The translations under genes were made by a program, and so were the position numbers. Below the pieces are notes generated by a model. That model worked only from the letters and a program-made list of their open reading frames with translations. It searched no databases and was not told the origin of the DNA. Source: a virus (taxonomy: Duplodnaviria > Caudoviricetes). Taken from it: DNA of 25,217 nucleotides. How positions within the stretch are numbered: the first letter of the stretch is position 1; each line of letters begins with the position of its first letter. Location of the stretch: the IMG/VR virus record IMGVR_UViG_3300025782_000067, positions 1 to 25,217 of that record, one strand, 5' to 3'. Of the stretch, positions 1 through 8,866 are shown in pieces.

Positions 1-1457
1 GACTTGGTAAGAATTTGCGATGTTGCAAACATCTGGTCTGTTGCAGAAAGTTTTCCAGCCATCCATCTAGAAAGGAATTCTGGCGTAATTTGATTAACGC
101 CCCATGATTCTAATTGATTAATGGCACCCTGTTTTCCACCAGCACCCTTATATTTAGGGTAATTGGCAAAAGGATTCATTACCTGAATCTTGTTTCTAAG
201 GTCAAGAACAGCACCATAAAGTCCACTTTGCCCTTGATATGTGGCATTACCGGACATAATTTTTTGCAATTCACCAGGTTTAATACCAATGATAGCCAAT
301 GCCTTTGCACCCTGTTGTGTAGGGTTAGCAAGTTGGTTAATACCGGTAGTTACTTTTGTACCAGCAACTGAACCAGTACTACCCATAGAAGTCATTAGGT
401 CAACCCAAGCAAGCGTGTCCCTTGCGGACATTCCGTTTGCTTTTGCAGACTGCATCAAACCACGGGACATTGCGGAAATAAGTTCGCTTGGTTTAATGTC
501 ACCAGCACCAATGGCAGCATTGTAAAGTTCTGCTGCCTTTTCTACGGCATTTTTGTTGTAGTTTGCAGCATTTTTGTTGGACATTTGACCAATGTCCTTC
601 ATACCAGCGTTAATCAAAGAAGTAAGTACACGTGAAGATTGTTCAGTTGCTTGACCACCAGCAATATTTCCAACAACGCTAAGTTTTGCAACCATGTCTA
701 CGACGTCTTTTAATTGCGTCTTTGTAGCACCTAGACCGTCATTCCAGGAAGCCGTACCAGAAGCGGCACGGTAAATAATGTCAGCCATGTCGGTAAGGCT
801 GACACCAGTTTTCTTAGCAATGTCTAGTGCCGTTTGATTAAGCCAGGGAAGTTCCTTCTTGTTAATACCCGCCTGTGTTACAGATTGGGTCATTAACTTA
901 TCGAAGTTCATGTATTGCTTAATACCTTCGTAAGCAACACCACCTAGTGCAAACGCACCCCAAGTACCCGCCTTCAAAACGGCGGGGGTTCCAAATGATT
1001 CTAGTTTTGTAAGGTTTTTGTATGTGGTTGAATAACCTACATTTTGTGCTTCAAGTGAACGTGTTACATCTGCTTGGCGCTGTGCAATACGTTCGTCAGC
1101 AATAGCAAGACGGTCATCCATTGTGATGACCTTGCGCTTAGTTTCATAGTTTTGTTGCCAAACACGGTTATTTCTAACGGTGGAATTAGTTAACTTATCC
1201 GTAAGGTCGGTAAGTAAAGTTGTGTCGTATCCCATTCTTTGAAGAACTTCACGGTTCTTCATCATCAATGGAAGTACTTCTTTAATTTGACCGGCTTCTA
1301 TTTGAAAACTGTCAGCAAGACCCTTAACTGCTTCGTCGGTAACAATTGCAGAATCTACAAAATTCTTATTTTCCTTTGCGGCATTTTGCATTGCCTCCAC
1401 GAATTTCTTCGTGTTACCGGTCACATTTACATTTACATTGTTGTCTTTACTTGCCAT
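1..1457 (-). CDS. Tail tape measure protein, N-terminal part (runs off window)
   Basis: ATG at 1457 opens MASKDNNVNVNVTGNTKKFVEAMQNAAK. The same frame later reads GAFALGGVAYEGIKQYMNFDKLMTQSVTQAG...ALDIAKKTGVSLTDMADIIYRAASG, a typical tape-measure core. It follows the tail chaperone. It is absent from the ORF track, consistent with no stop inside the window. Confidence 0.9.
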   Translation of the reverse strand, partial: MASKDNNVNVNVTGNTKKFVEAMQNAAKENKNFVDSAIVTDEAVKGLADSFQIEAGQIKEVLPLMMKNREVLQRMGYDTTLLTDLTDKLTNSTVRNNRVWQQNYETKRKVITMDDRLAIADERIAQRQADVTRSLEAQNVGYSTTYKNLTKLESFGTPAVLKAGTWGAFALGGVAYEGIKQYMNFDKLMTQSVTQAGINKKELPWLNQTALDIAKKTGVSLTDMADIIYRAASGTASWNDGLGATKTQLKDVVDMVAKLSVVGNIAGGQATEQSSRVLTSLINAGMKDIGQMSNKNAANYNKNAVEKAAELYNAAIGAGDIKPSELISAMSRGLMQSAKANGMSARDTLAWVDLMTSMGSTGSVAGTKVTTGINQLANPTQQGAKALAIIGIKPGELQKIMSGNATYQGQSGLYGAVLDLRNKIQVMNPFANYPKYKGAGGKQGAINQLESWGVNQITPEFLSRWMAGKLSATDQMFATSQILTK

Positions 1458-1467
1458 AAAAGTGCCT

Positions 1468-1506
1468 TAAAAGGAGAAAGCCGCTACCCGGCGTGGGGTA
1501 GCGGCT
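1468..1506 (-). terminator. Intrinsic terminator-like hairpin upstream of tape measure gene
   Basis: Perfect 11-bp inverted repeat AGCCGCTACCC/GGGTAGCGGCT (1479-1489, 1496-1506), followed on the minus strand by TTCTCCTTTT. Confidence 0.65.
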
Positions 1507-1547
1507 ATTGGTCTGCCGCCTGATTGCGTTACAGGCGGAAAGGTGGT

Positions 1548-1775
1548 TTAGAAGATTTTTGCAATTGTTTTCGCGACTTCTAGGCCAATCAATTCCGCAA
1601 GAACTTTAATTTCTTCTACTTTTTTTTCACCGTCCATTGTCATCGCTTTTTGCATTAAAGCAATGTCAATCAAGTAGTCAACGGTGCCCCGGTTCAGAAT
1701 ATTACGCGGTTCTAATCCAAGAAGTATCGCGTATGCCCCCGTTTCAATGTGGGGGTCTGAATCCAGGGACTTTAA
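1548..1775 (-). CDS. Tail assembly chaperone C-terminal extension (lambda gpT-like), reached by a predicted -1 frameshift
   Basis: At ACT TTT TAA AG the -1 frame continues TTA AAG TCC CTG... for 75 codons (LKSLDSDPHIETGAYAILLGLEPRNILNRG...AKTIAKIF*). It has no early start or RBS of its own and lies between the chaperone and tape measure genes. Confidence 0.8.
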   Translation of the reverse strand, partial: LKSLDSDPHIETGAYAILLGLEPRNILNRGTVDYLIDIALMQKAMTMDGEKKVEEIKVLAELIGLEVAKTIAKIF

Positions 1776-2317
1776 AAAGTTTCGTCGGCTTCGTCGTTCG
1801 CGATATTACTCCACTTAAACAGACGATTAGCGGCGTCAATAAGGTCGCCTTCTGTCAAGTAAAGTGCTACGCAAGCGTCTACAGCACGAACCGCTTCAAT
1901 CCCAAGGGCCTTGGCAAGGTCGAGGTCGAACTTGGTCCAGGTGCCATTGGGGTTATCACTACGAAGTGATAACTTGTTGTCAAAGTCGCCATCAACAACT
2001 GCAAAAATACCAACGCATGAATCGACAAGCATGTCGGCATTGGCCAAGAATGACCAGTCGTTGCCTTTTTGCTTGCGACGATTTTCAATTGTAGCATTCA
2101 ACTTTGTTGCTGATACTGGCTTAAATCGTACATAAATTTCTGGGTCGTCCCAACGTGGTACTTGAATGTCAACGTATAGTTCGTTAACAATCTGTTCACG
2201 TCGGTGCTTCAAAGAAAGCAGGGGCGTTACTTCCGCAACTGGTGCGTCAGCAACAGCCCCCGCAGTCTCTGCAGTAAATTCATTTCCGTCTTGGTTTTCA
2301 ATATTAAAATCAACCAT
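1772..2317 (-). CDS. Tail assembly chaperone (lambda gpG-like)
   Basis: Acidic protein between tail tube and tape measure. The start at 2317 is preceded by GGAGGA (the track starts it at 2329). It ends at a T-run slippery site. Confidence 0.8.
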   Translation of the reverse strand: MVDFNIENQDGNEFTAETAGAVADAPVAEVTPLLSLKHRREQIVNELYVDIQVPRWDDPEIYVRFKPVSATKLNATIENRRKQKGNDWSFLANADMLVDSCVGIFAVVDGDFDNKLSLRSDNPNGTWTKFDLDLAKALGIEAVRAVDACVALYLTEGDLIDAANRLFKWSNIANDEADETF

Positions 2318-2379
2318 GTGTTCCTCCATGGATTCGGTTACATTAAATTCTAACTGCTAGTCGCTTAAAAAGCAACTAT

Positions 2380-2856
2380 TTATACACCAGAATTAAGGGT
2401 ATTTGTGCCAGCGGCAGTAGTCTCACCGATTGTTTCAACGGCAATGTCAACCTCAAACATACGGGCTGCGTTGCTCATCGAGTCGGTTCCACCATCTTTA
2501 ACGGCAATAATTCGGCCATTGTAGGTGCGTGGGTTTCCCCAGGCGGCACCAGTGTCGTCAAGTGGTTGAAGGGTGACAGTTGCCAACTTGTTTCCTACTG
2601 CGCGGTGCAGGTCAGAAAGACGGTCGTGGTCACGCTGTGTTTCGTATACCTTGGTCAATGTTACGTCCGAAATGGTCGGCATTGATAGGTAGGTGATTTC
2701 TGGGCCCATTCCGCCGGGACGGTGCTTGTTGACGGCTGCAGAAACGTCTCCGCCTGCAAACTTGTCAAAAGTTCCGTAGTCAACTGAATCAACAGTCAAA
2801 GTGGCTAGCCACTGCTGTTCTGAACCGTAAAAGTGGCTTGATACTTGTGTAGCCAT
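2380..2856 (-). CDS. Contractile tail tube protein
   Basis: 158 aa directly after the sheath. FDKFAGGD...HRPGGM...ISDVTLTK and G.II.VK...FEVDIAVE patterns resemble tube proteins. RBS AAGGAG. Confidence 0.85.
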   Translation of the reverse strand: MATQVSSHFYGSEQQWLATLTVDSVDYGTFDKFAGGDVSAAVNKHRPGGMGPEITYLSMPTISDVTLTKVYETQRDHDRLSDLHRAVGNKLATVTLQPLDDTGAAWGNPRTYNGRIIAVKDGGTDSMSNAARMFEVDIAVETIGETTAAGTNTLNSGV

Positions 2857-2886
2857 TTAAATTCTCCTTGAATTAAAGTTTACTGA

Positions 2887-4446
2887 TTAGTAAGGAAGCG
2901 GCGAAGTAACTGCGTACTTAGTCACGTTTACAGTGACCAATTCACCGAATGGTGACATACGAAGGTTAACAGCAGCATTGATTTGACCAGCAGCGATAGT
3001 TGCTGGGGTGTTGACTTGTGGGCCAACGTTTACTGAGAAAGCATTGGCAGGCGAATCGCCGTAAATGCTCTTTCGAGTCCAGTATGCCTGGCATTGACCA
3101 GAAAGTGCACCGTTAAGTGCCGAGAAGATGTGGCCCTTACCGTCAATTTCTTGGAATACAAAGGATTCGGCAATGTTGTCAAAGTCCTTGATTACTTGCA
3201 TACGGAAACGAACGTTGTTTAGGTAGACCCAGTTGGTGTCTACTGCACATGAACGGAAGCCATAAACAGCAATGGTGTTTTGACCAGGTACAAACTTAAT
3301 AACGTTTACGCCTGCAGCATTAAGGGTTCCGCGGTCATCTGCGCCCCATGCTTGGGTTACGTTTACTGCGTAGTTAATTGAACCATTTACGATACCGGCT
3401 GCTGGAACGTTAGCGTCGTAAGATGCGTCGTTTACAGCAATGTTAGCAGCAACGAATGCTGAAGGCGGTACAGTGCGGTTAAATACAAATCCGCTAGTTT
3501 GGGTTGGGCTGGTAGATACAACGCCAGGAACGACCAACCAGGGGGCAAACAAGCCAGCGTAGGATGGGTCATTGGCAGTTGACTTAACAACCGTTGCAGC
3601 GGCAGTAAGGTCTGTGACTGTAGCGCTGTTTGGTGCGTCAAGGATTGCAACGCGGTTGAATGCTGCAGCGTGGTTAGTCAGGGTTCCGTAAACGGTGTTG
3701 CTGGTGTTGCCAGGTGCTGAAACTTGTCCAGGTCCGAATGATTCGTTGAATACTTCAAGTGCAACTGCAACGTCTGCGTCAGCAGTTGCTGCGTCAGTTC
3801 CACCGGTTAGGTAGATGTTGGTAACTGAACCAGTTGAAGGAAGGATTGAACTTGCTGATGCTGATGAAGCAGTAACCATTGAAACATAGCCAGGAAGGCT
3901 GTTTACCCAGTTAATTACATCAGTGTCACTTCCAAGAAGTGGTGAACTTGCCATTGTGATGCCATTGTAAGCAATGGTTGCAAGGTAGGCAGTAGTTGAA
4001 TTTACAGTAATTCCAGTGATTGACAGGATTACACCTGCTGCACCGGCGCTGCTACTGTTTGCCCAAGCACCCTTACCATTAGCAGTAAGAACAAACTTAC
4101 CACCGTTGGAACCACTTGTTGCAATTGCACCAGTTGAAGTAGGGGCAACGTTTGAAACGTAAGCGTTAATTCCACCTTCGCGGAAGAAAACGTCAAGTGA
4201 GTCGTAAAGAAGGGTGCTGTCAACAGTGACTGCGCCTGGCTTTACTGCGTAGCGACCAGTTACCTGGCCGTTAACAATTTGACCGAAGTACTTAGTAAAG
4301 TCTGCGATTGAATTAATTGGAACTGCGATGTTTGAAACACCTGCGGCATTACCAACGACAAACCAGGTGCCGGTAGGGTTGTTGCCACGGGTGCTTGCGC
4401 TGCTGGCGGCTACGTTAATGTATACGCCTGGGGCTTGATTAGCCAT
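2887..4446 (-). CDS. Tail sheath protein
   Basis: N-terminal APGVYI; AILDAP, LFAPWL, VPPSAFVAA, LNAAGVNVIK and YLNNVRF sheath motifs. Confidence 0.95.
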   Translation of the reverse strand: MANQAPGVYINVAASSASTRGNNPTGTWFVVGNAAGVSNIAVPINSIADFTKYFGQIVNGQVTGRYAVKPGAVTVDSTLLYDSLDVFFREGGINAYVSNVAPTSTGAIATSGSNGGKFVLTANGKGAWANSSSAGAAGVILSITGITVNSTTAYLATIAYNGITMASSPLLGSDTDVINWVNSLPGYVSMVTASSASASSILPSTGSVTNIYLTGGTDAATADADVAVALEVFNESFGPGQVSAPGNTSNTVYGTLTNHAAAFNRVAILDAPNSATVTDLTAAATVVKSTANDPSYAGLFAPWLVVPGVVSTSPTQTSGFVFNRTVPPSAFVAANIAVNDASYDANVPAAGIVNGSINYAVNVTQAWGADDRGTLNAAGVNVIKFVPGQNTIAVYGFRSCAVDTNWVYLNNVRFRMQVIKDFDNIAESFVFQEIDGKGHIFSALNGALSGQCQAYWTRKSIYGDSPANAFSVNVGPQVNTPATIAAGQINAAVNLRMSPFGELVTVNVTKYAVTSPLPY

Positions 4447-4700
4447 TAGTTATTCTCCTGTGGGGTTAGGGTCGACTCAGTTTCCTGTGTCTTTGAATTC
4501 TTGTTAATTACAGGCTTCTTGGGTTCTTCCTTCACTTCGCTTTCGCTTACTGAAGTTTCAAGACTTGCAAAACCTTGCTTGATGTATCCATCAATTATTT
4601 CGTCGTCAGTTACGCTGTAAACGAAACCGGGTGACATTGGTTGGCCACTGGCGTCATAAATGACGTGTGATGCCTGAATTAAAATCTTTTTCTTGCTCAT
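4446..4700 (-). CDS. Small hypothetical virion-associated protein
   Basis: 84 aa, overlapping start/stop codons with both neighbours; charged C-terminal tail. Confidence 0.7.
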   Translation of the reverse strand: MSKKKILIQASHVIYDASGQPMSPGFVYSVTDDEIIDGYIKQGFASLETSVSESEVKEEPKKPVINKNSKTQETESTLTPQENN

Positions 4701-5338
4701 TGTAGTGGTTCCTTCTCGACGGCGATGTTTACGGCTTCAACTTCTGGCAATGCAGAAGGTGCTGCTGTGGATGGTAGTGGCAAGCCACCGTGCATGTTCA
4801 TAGCACTGCCTACAGTCACGACAAAACGAGCGTGGCCAATGCCAGTCGTTCTACCACTGCTGTGTTCGCCTTCTAGATATTCTTCGCCATCCCAAACGGT
4901 TGTTTCTGCAAACCCTTCAAGACCGCGTTTCTGTACAAGGCAGGTACGGATGCATGCTGTGTAAGCCTGCGTCAACGCTTCGGTTTCCTGCCAGTCTTTC
5001 GTTCCATAGACATAAACCATGGCTTCTACACGAAAGTTTGTTCGAATTGCATTTTGGTAAATTTGTGGACTTCCAACAGTTGTTGGGACACTGACCAAAA
5101 CGGCCGCCTTCGCGTTCCTTGGAAGGGTGCGAAATTCGGGGCGGTGACGGTATTCAAAAGGAAGTTCTAAAACTTCACTTCCAAGAACACGATTAAATTC
5201 TGCTATATAAGTCGGTAGCCATTTTTGAAGGGTATTGTAAACCGCTTCTTGGACCGAATGCCCACCGTAAACAGGGCCATAGGCATCATCAAGGTAGGAC
5301 AAATTCCAGTCTGTCCACCAATCACGCTGTGCTGCCAT
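4697..5338 (-). CDS. Probable tail completion/terminator protein
   Basis: 213 aa at the usual position before the sheath; function inferred from synteny. Confidence 0.6.
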   Translation of the reverse strand: MAAQRDWWTDWNLSYLDDAYGPVYGGHSVQEAVYNTLQKWLPTYIAEFNRVLGSEVLELPFEYRHRPEFRTLPRNAKAAVLVSVPTTVGSPQIYQNAIRTNFRVEAMVYVYGTKDWQETEALTQAYTACIRTCLVQKRGLEGFAETTVWDGEEYLEGEHSSGRTTGIGHARFVVTVGSAMNMHGGLPLPSTAAPSALPEVEAVNIAVEKEPLQ

Positions 5339-5347
5339 AATGTTCCT

Positions 5348-6205
5348 TTATCGTTTTTTATCTGTATAGGTTCGGTAATGGGCAGCAAGAGATTCAATTT
5401 GTTGAACCACTGCGAATCTTTCAGGTTCAATTTTGCGTAATTCCGTTTGTGACTTCATATCCCTGCTACGCCAGTCTTTTGCTGAAGCAAGCGCTTTTTC
5501 ATGTTGTTCTGCAGTAAGTTTTGGTTGAACAGTGTGAGCCCATTCACCATAAGTCATTGGACGGTCATCAATTGGGGCACGGCCTTCGCGGGACCTACGT
5601 TCCGCTTTAACCTTATTCGCTTCCTTCATGTGGATGCGGTGTTCTTTATTATTCTTACGAACTGCTTTTGCGTATGCAGCAGCATTACTGTTAACACGGG
5701 AAGGCTTGGTGCGAATATCTTCTAAAAGATATTGACTAACAATTTCGTCTGCAATAAGCATAAACTTTTCTGTTATGTCAACAAAAACACGTTCTGGACG
5801 GTTGGCACCTATTTGATGACGGAAGCCGTAGTTTTCTTTCTCAGAATAAGAATCACTGGCACGTTTGTTACGTGGGTCAATAATTATGCGAAGGCTGTTT
5901 TCTGCAAATGTTTCAATGCGTGGGCTAGTAGCCGCTTCAAAAAGGTAACCACGGTTAATAAGTGGTTGGTCATTTGGATTGTCACGTTTTGCAAGTGTTT
6001 TGTCAGCAAGACTTCCCCAATTTTCGTGAACACCAAAAGTTGTTGAAATTCCTCCGCCTTTAAAAACTTCTTCTTCCATTAAACCAAATTCAGCGGTAAT
6101 CGCATTCATGGCTGGTGCAAAATTTTTACCACGTTCAATCATTGTTTCAATTGTTACGCGAACATCGTATAATCCGGTTACTTCAAATCCACCTAAATTA
6201 GCCAT
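5348..6205 (-). CDS. Neck/virion morphogenesis protein (Mu gpG-like) with basic C-terminal extension
   Basis: W.SLADKTLAKR...PLINRGYL...YGFRHQIG...PERVF pattern. Start MANLGG at 6205, just after the upstream stop. Confidence 0.65.
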   Translation of the reverse strand: MANLGGFEVTGLYDVRVTIETMIERGKNFAPAMNAITAEFGLMEEEVFKGGGISTTFGVHENWGSLADKTLAKRDNPNDQPLINRGYLFEAATSPRIETFAENSLRIIIDPRNKRASDSYSEKENYGFRHQIGANRPERVFVDITEKFMLIADEIVSQYLLEDIRTKPSRVNSNAAAYAKAVRKNNKEHRIHMKEANKVKAERRSREGRAPIDDRPMTYGEWAHTVQPKLTAEQHEKALASAKDWRSRDMKSQTELRKIEPERFAVVQQIESLAAHYRTYTDKKR

Positions 6206-6207
6206 TG

Positions 6208-6894
6208 TTAGCCGCGTACCCAAGGGGCAATAAGGTTATCAATCTGCTGGTCAATTTGGTCAAGATTCATTTCACGACGGGTCTGCGGTTCAAATTCAAG
6301 AATGATGAATTTTGCTGCCTGGAAAAGGCAGGCACGACGAAGCGAAGCGGGAACACCATGGGTATAACCGCCGTCATAAATAACTTCAATACGACTTCCT
6401 TCAGGGGCAAAAGTACCAAGACGAATCCAGACGTGACCGTCTGTTACATCAGGGCCTTTGATTCCGCCGTGCAAAAAGTCGATAGGCTGAACGTCACCGT
6501 AGGTACGCAGAATCTGCATAGACCTGATTGTGTACGTCCATAGTTCCGGATAAACCGGTGCGAATTGGTCAAGCCAGAAGTGTCGAACTAGGGTCGATGC
6601 ACCTAACGCTACGGCTTGAGAAAGGCCAAGTGAACCATAAATGTCCATAGGCATGTCTGCGTTATTCCCATATTCAGATGGGTCAATACCGAATAGTCTG
6701 TCTTGATAGATGTGGCCCGAAAACGGTGCCAAGCGACGACCAGTGCGGTCTTCCAAGTGGGAAGTCGCCTCAACCAAAATGTCAGCAATGACAGTAGGTT
6801 CAAGGTCGACGACCAACTCAGGATAGCGCCTTTGAAGGTCTGCTACGCTGGCAAGCGAAACGGGGTCGTTATATTGTGACCCGTTATTTGCCAT
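6208..6894 (-). CDS. Head-tail adaptor/connector protein
   Basis: LASVADL...ILVEATSHLEDRTGRRL and IEVIYDGGY...VPASLRRACL motifs of head-tail adaptor proteins. Confidence 0.8.
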   Translation of the reverse strand: MANNGSQYNDPVSLASVADLQRRYPELVVDLEPTVIADILVEATSHLEDRTGRRLAPFSGHIYQDRLFGIDPSEYGNNADMPMDIYGSLGLSQAVALGASTLVRHFWLDQFAPVYPELWTYTIRSMQILRTYGDVQPIDFLHGGIKGPDVTDGHVWIRLGTFAPEGSRIEVIYDGGYTHGVPASLRRACLFQAAKFIILEFEPQTRREMNLDQIDQQIDNLIAPWVRG

Positions 6895-6899
6895 AGTAA

Positions 6900-7199
6900 C
6901 TACTCCTTGGTTGTGCGCTTAGATTTTGATGCAGCCTTTGGGGCCGCTGGTGTTTCTTCTGCTGGGATGTGAAGAACTTTTTCAACTTCTTCTTCAACCT
7001 TTGCAACGACTGTTTCAACAGCCTTTACAACTTTTTCAGCCTTTTTTACATCCTTTTGAACTACATAGTAAAGTTCACCAGGAATAGAAAGAAGTGCGTG
7101 GGCCAAGCGTGGTGGGACTTCAATAGCCCCGGCGTCACCTGTTTTAATCCAAGTGTAACCTTCTGTACCGCCTGGTTCATTTGCTGCTAGTAATACCAT
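6900..7199 (-). CDS. Small protein following capsid gene (possible head accessory)
   Basis: 99 aa with a K/E/A-rich C-terminal tail; AAAGG upstream; synteny. Confidence 0.7.
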   Translation of the reverse strand: MVLLAANEPGGTEGYTWIKTGDAGAIEVPPRLAHALLSIPGELYYVVQKDVKKAEKVVKAVETVVAKVEEEVEKVLHIPAEETPAAPKAASKSKRTTKE

Positions 7200-7223
7200 G
7201 GTAAAACCTTTCTAAAGTAAATC

Positions 7224-7270
7224 CAGCGCGGCGGGCGGGGGAGGAACGAGGGAACCCGCCCGCCACACTG
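7224..7270 (-). terminator. Long GC-rich stem-loop downstream of capsid gene
   Basis: 16-bp stem (two G-U pairs, only on the minus-strand RNA), 15-nt pyrimidine-rich loop, weak U-rich tail GATTTACTTT. Confidence 0.55.
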
Positions 7271-7286
7271 AAATGTTTCTACCTAA

Positions 7287-8819
7287 TTAGTCAACGATGA
7301 AGTTAGGGCTGTAAGACGTGTTGGTAGGTTGTACACCATTACCAGCCTTAGAGTCCAAAGCACTTGCAACGTTAGCAAGACGACCAATGTACTTAGGCGC
7401 ACGAACAGCAAGCGTGGTGTCCGCAACGAATGCGAATGGCAGGCTGTCAGGCGATGCAGTAGTTGGGTACACGTTGATTGCCTGCATTTCACGTACGAAT
7501 GGACGTACGATGTAGTTAGGGTCACGTGACATTAGGAAGATGCTCTGCTCACCGGCCGAAGTCAGTGGGTGCAGGTTAGCGTTTCCGTAGACGTAAGTTG
7601 CTGGAACTGAACCTTGAAGGTGTGAACCGTTCTTGGCAGTAAGCGTAGTTCCGTTGTCAACAATTGTGGTAGTTGCGTAAGCAGCACCAGTGTTGTCAAG
7701 GAAGTTTGCGTCTACAATACCGAGCAGGGTGAAGTCCGTGTTAGCAGGGCTGCTAACCGAAGCGCGGTATACCTTGTAGTGAGTTGGCTGTGCGCCTTCT
7801 GGTCCAACAGGTGTGCTGAACGAAAGTGTGCAAGCGCTTGTTGAAGGTGAAAGCGTTGCTGTCTTTGCAGCCTGGATTTCTCCGTAGCGAGCAATTACAG
7901 GTGCAACTGCGTAGGTGTAAGAACCTGTAAGGGTTCCTGTTCCTGTTGCAGCACCGGTTACAGTTGACATTGCGTTTGTGCGAGGTGACAAGAACGAAGT
8001 CTTGACGATTGGTACACCACGGTAAGTAGGTACAATCAAACCTGCTGCAATTTCAGTCTGGTCGATGAAGCGCTGTTGGTTAACAAGCAACTGTGCAAGA
8101 CGGCTGTTTGCGTTAGGTGACATGAGGAACATCCACTCGCTGTTCTCGACAGGCTCAGCGACGTTGCTTTCAACAAGGTCAATGAGGAGGTCAAGTCCAC
8201 CAAGAGTAAGGCTGTTTCCACCGAAGTCAATTGCGTTCTGGTCTACACCATCAACCCATGGGTTGAATGCTGGAGCGCCCCATGAAGAAGCACCACCGTA
8301 GTTGTCAATTGTTCCGTTGCCGATACCCTGTGAAGGGCCACCAGTAGATGCTGATGAGAATGACGAGCAAATTACGTCAAGTCCATCGAATTGTGGGTAA
8401 GGTCCCGCAACTGTAGGTGCACCAGCACCCCAGATGAGGGAATTCTCAATGTCCCAGTAAAGGCCACGTGCAGCACCCTCGATTTCGCGAGCACGAAGGT
8501 CGCCAATCAAGTCTGCAGTTACAGCCTGTGAGTAACCAGTTACAGCACCGACGCTTTGCAGCAAGCGAATTTGGAAATTCTCTTGTGCGTAGTTAGATGT
8601 TGATACTGGACGTGCACCGCCATCAGTGACGAATCCGCCCTGAGGAAGCGTTGTACGCTTGTTGAAGTAGTAAACTGTTGAGCCCCACTTGACTGTAGGT
8701 AGAGCACGAACAAGCGGCGCGTAGCGGCGCTGGTATTCGAGCAATACTGGGTCAATCTGCTTCTGAACTAGTGCAGCAGCACCAGCAGCAGTTAAGGCCT
8801 CTTCCAAATCGTTAGCCAT
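7287..8819 (-). CDS. Major capsid protein with inserted beta-sandwich domain
   Basis: Follows the protease/scaffold; strong RBS AAGGAG. HK97-fold features (QFDGL, YRGVPIV) and C-terminal TLAVRAPKYIGRLANV. Confidence 0.9.
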   Translation of the reverse strand: MANDLEEALTAAGAAALVQKQIDPVLLEYQRRYAPLVRALPTVKWGSTVYYFNKRTTLPQGGFVTDGGARPVSTSNYAQENFQIRLLQSVGAVTGYSQAVTADLIGDLRAREIEGAARGLYWDIENSLIWGAGAPTVAGPYPQFDGLDVICSSFSSASTGGPSQGIGNGTIDNYGGASSWGAPAFNPWVDGVDQNAIDFGGNSLTLGGLDLLIDLVESNVAEPVENSEWMFLMSPNANSRLAQLLVNQQRFIDQTEIAAGLIVPTYRGVPIVKTSFLSPRTNAMSTVTGAATGTGTLTGSYTYAVAPVIARYGEIQAAKTATLSPSTSACTLSFSTPVGPEGAQPTHYKVYRASVSSPANTDFTLLGIVDANFLDNTGAAYATTTIVDNGTTLTAKNGSHLQGSVPATYVYGNANLHPLTSAGEQSIFLMSRDPNYIVRPFVREMQAINVYPTTASPDSLPFAFVADTTLAVRAPKYIGRLANVASALDSKAGNGVQPTNTSYSPNFIVD

Positions 8820-8866
8820 TGCTAATTCTCCTTATATGTATTGGATAGGGGTTTATTTTTAATTGC

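Noticed and set aside
2380-4446. Tailocin or extracellular contractile injection system
   Set aside because: Terminase, portal, protease and capsid genes are in the same operon, so this is a phage.
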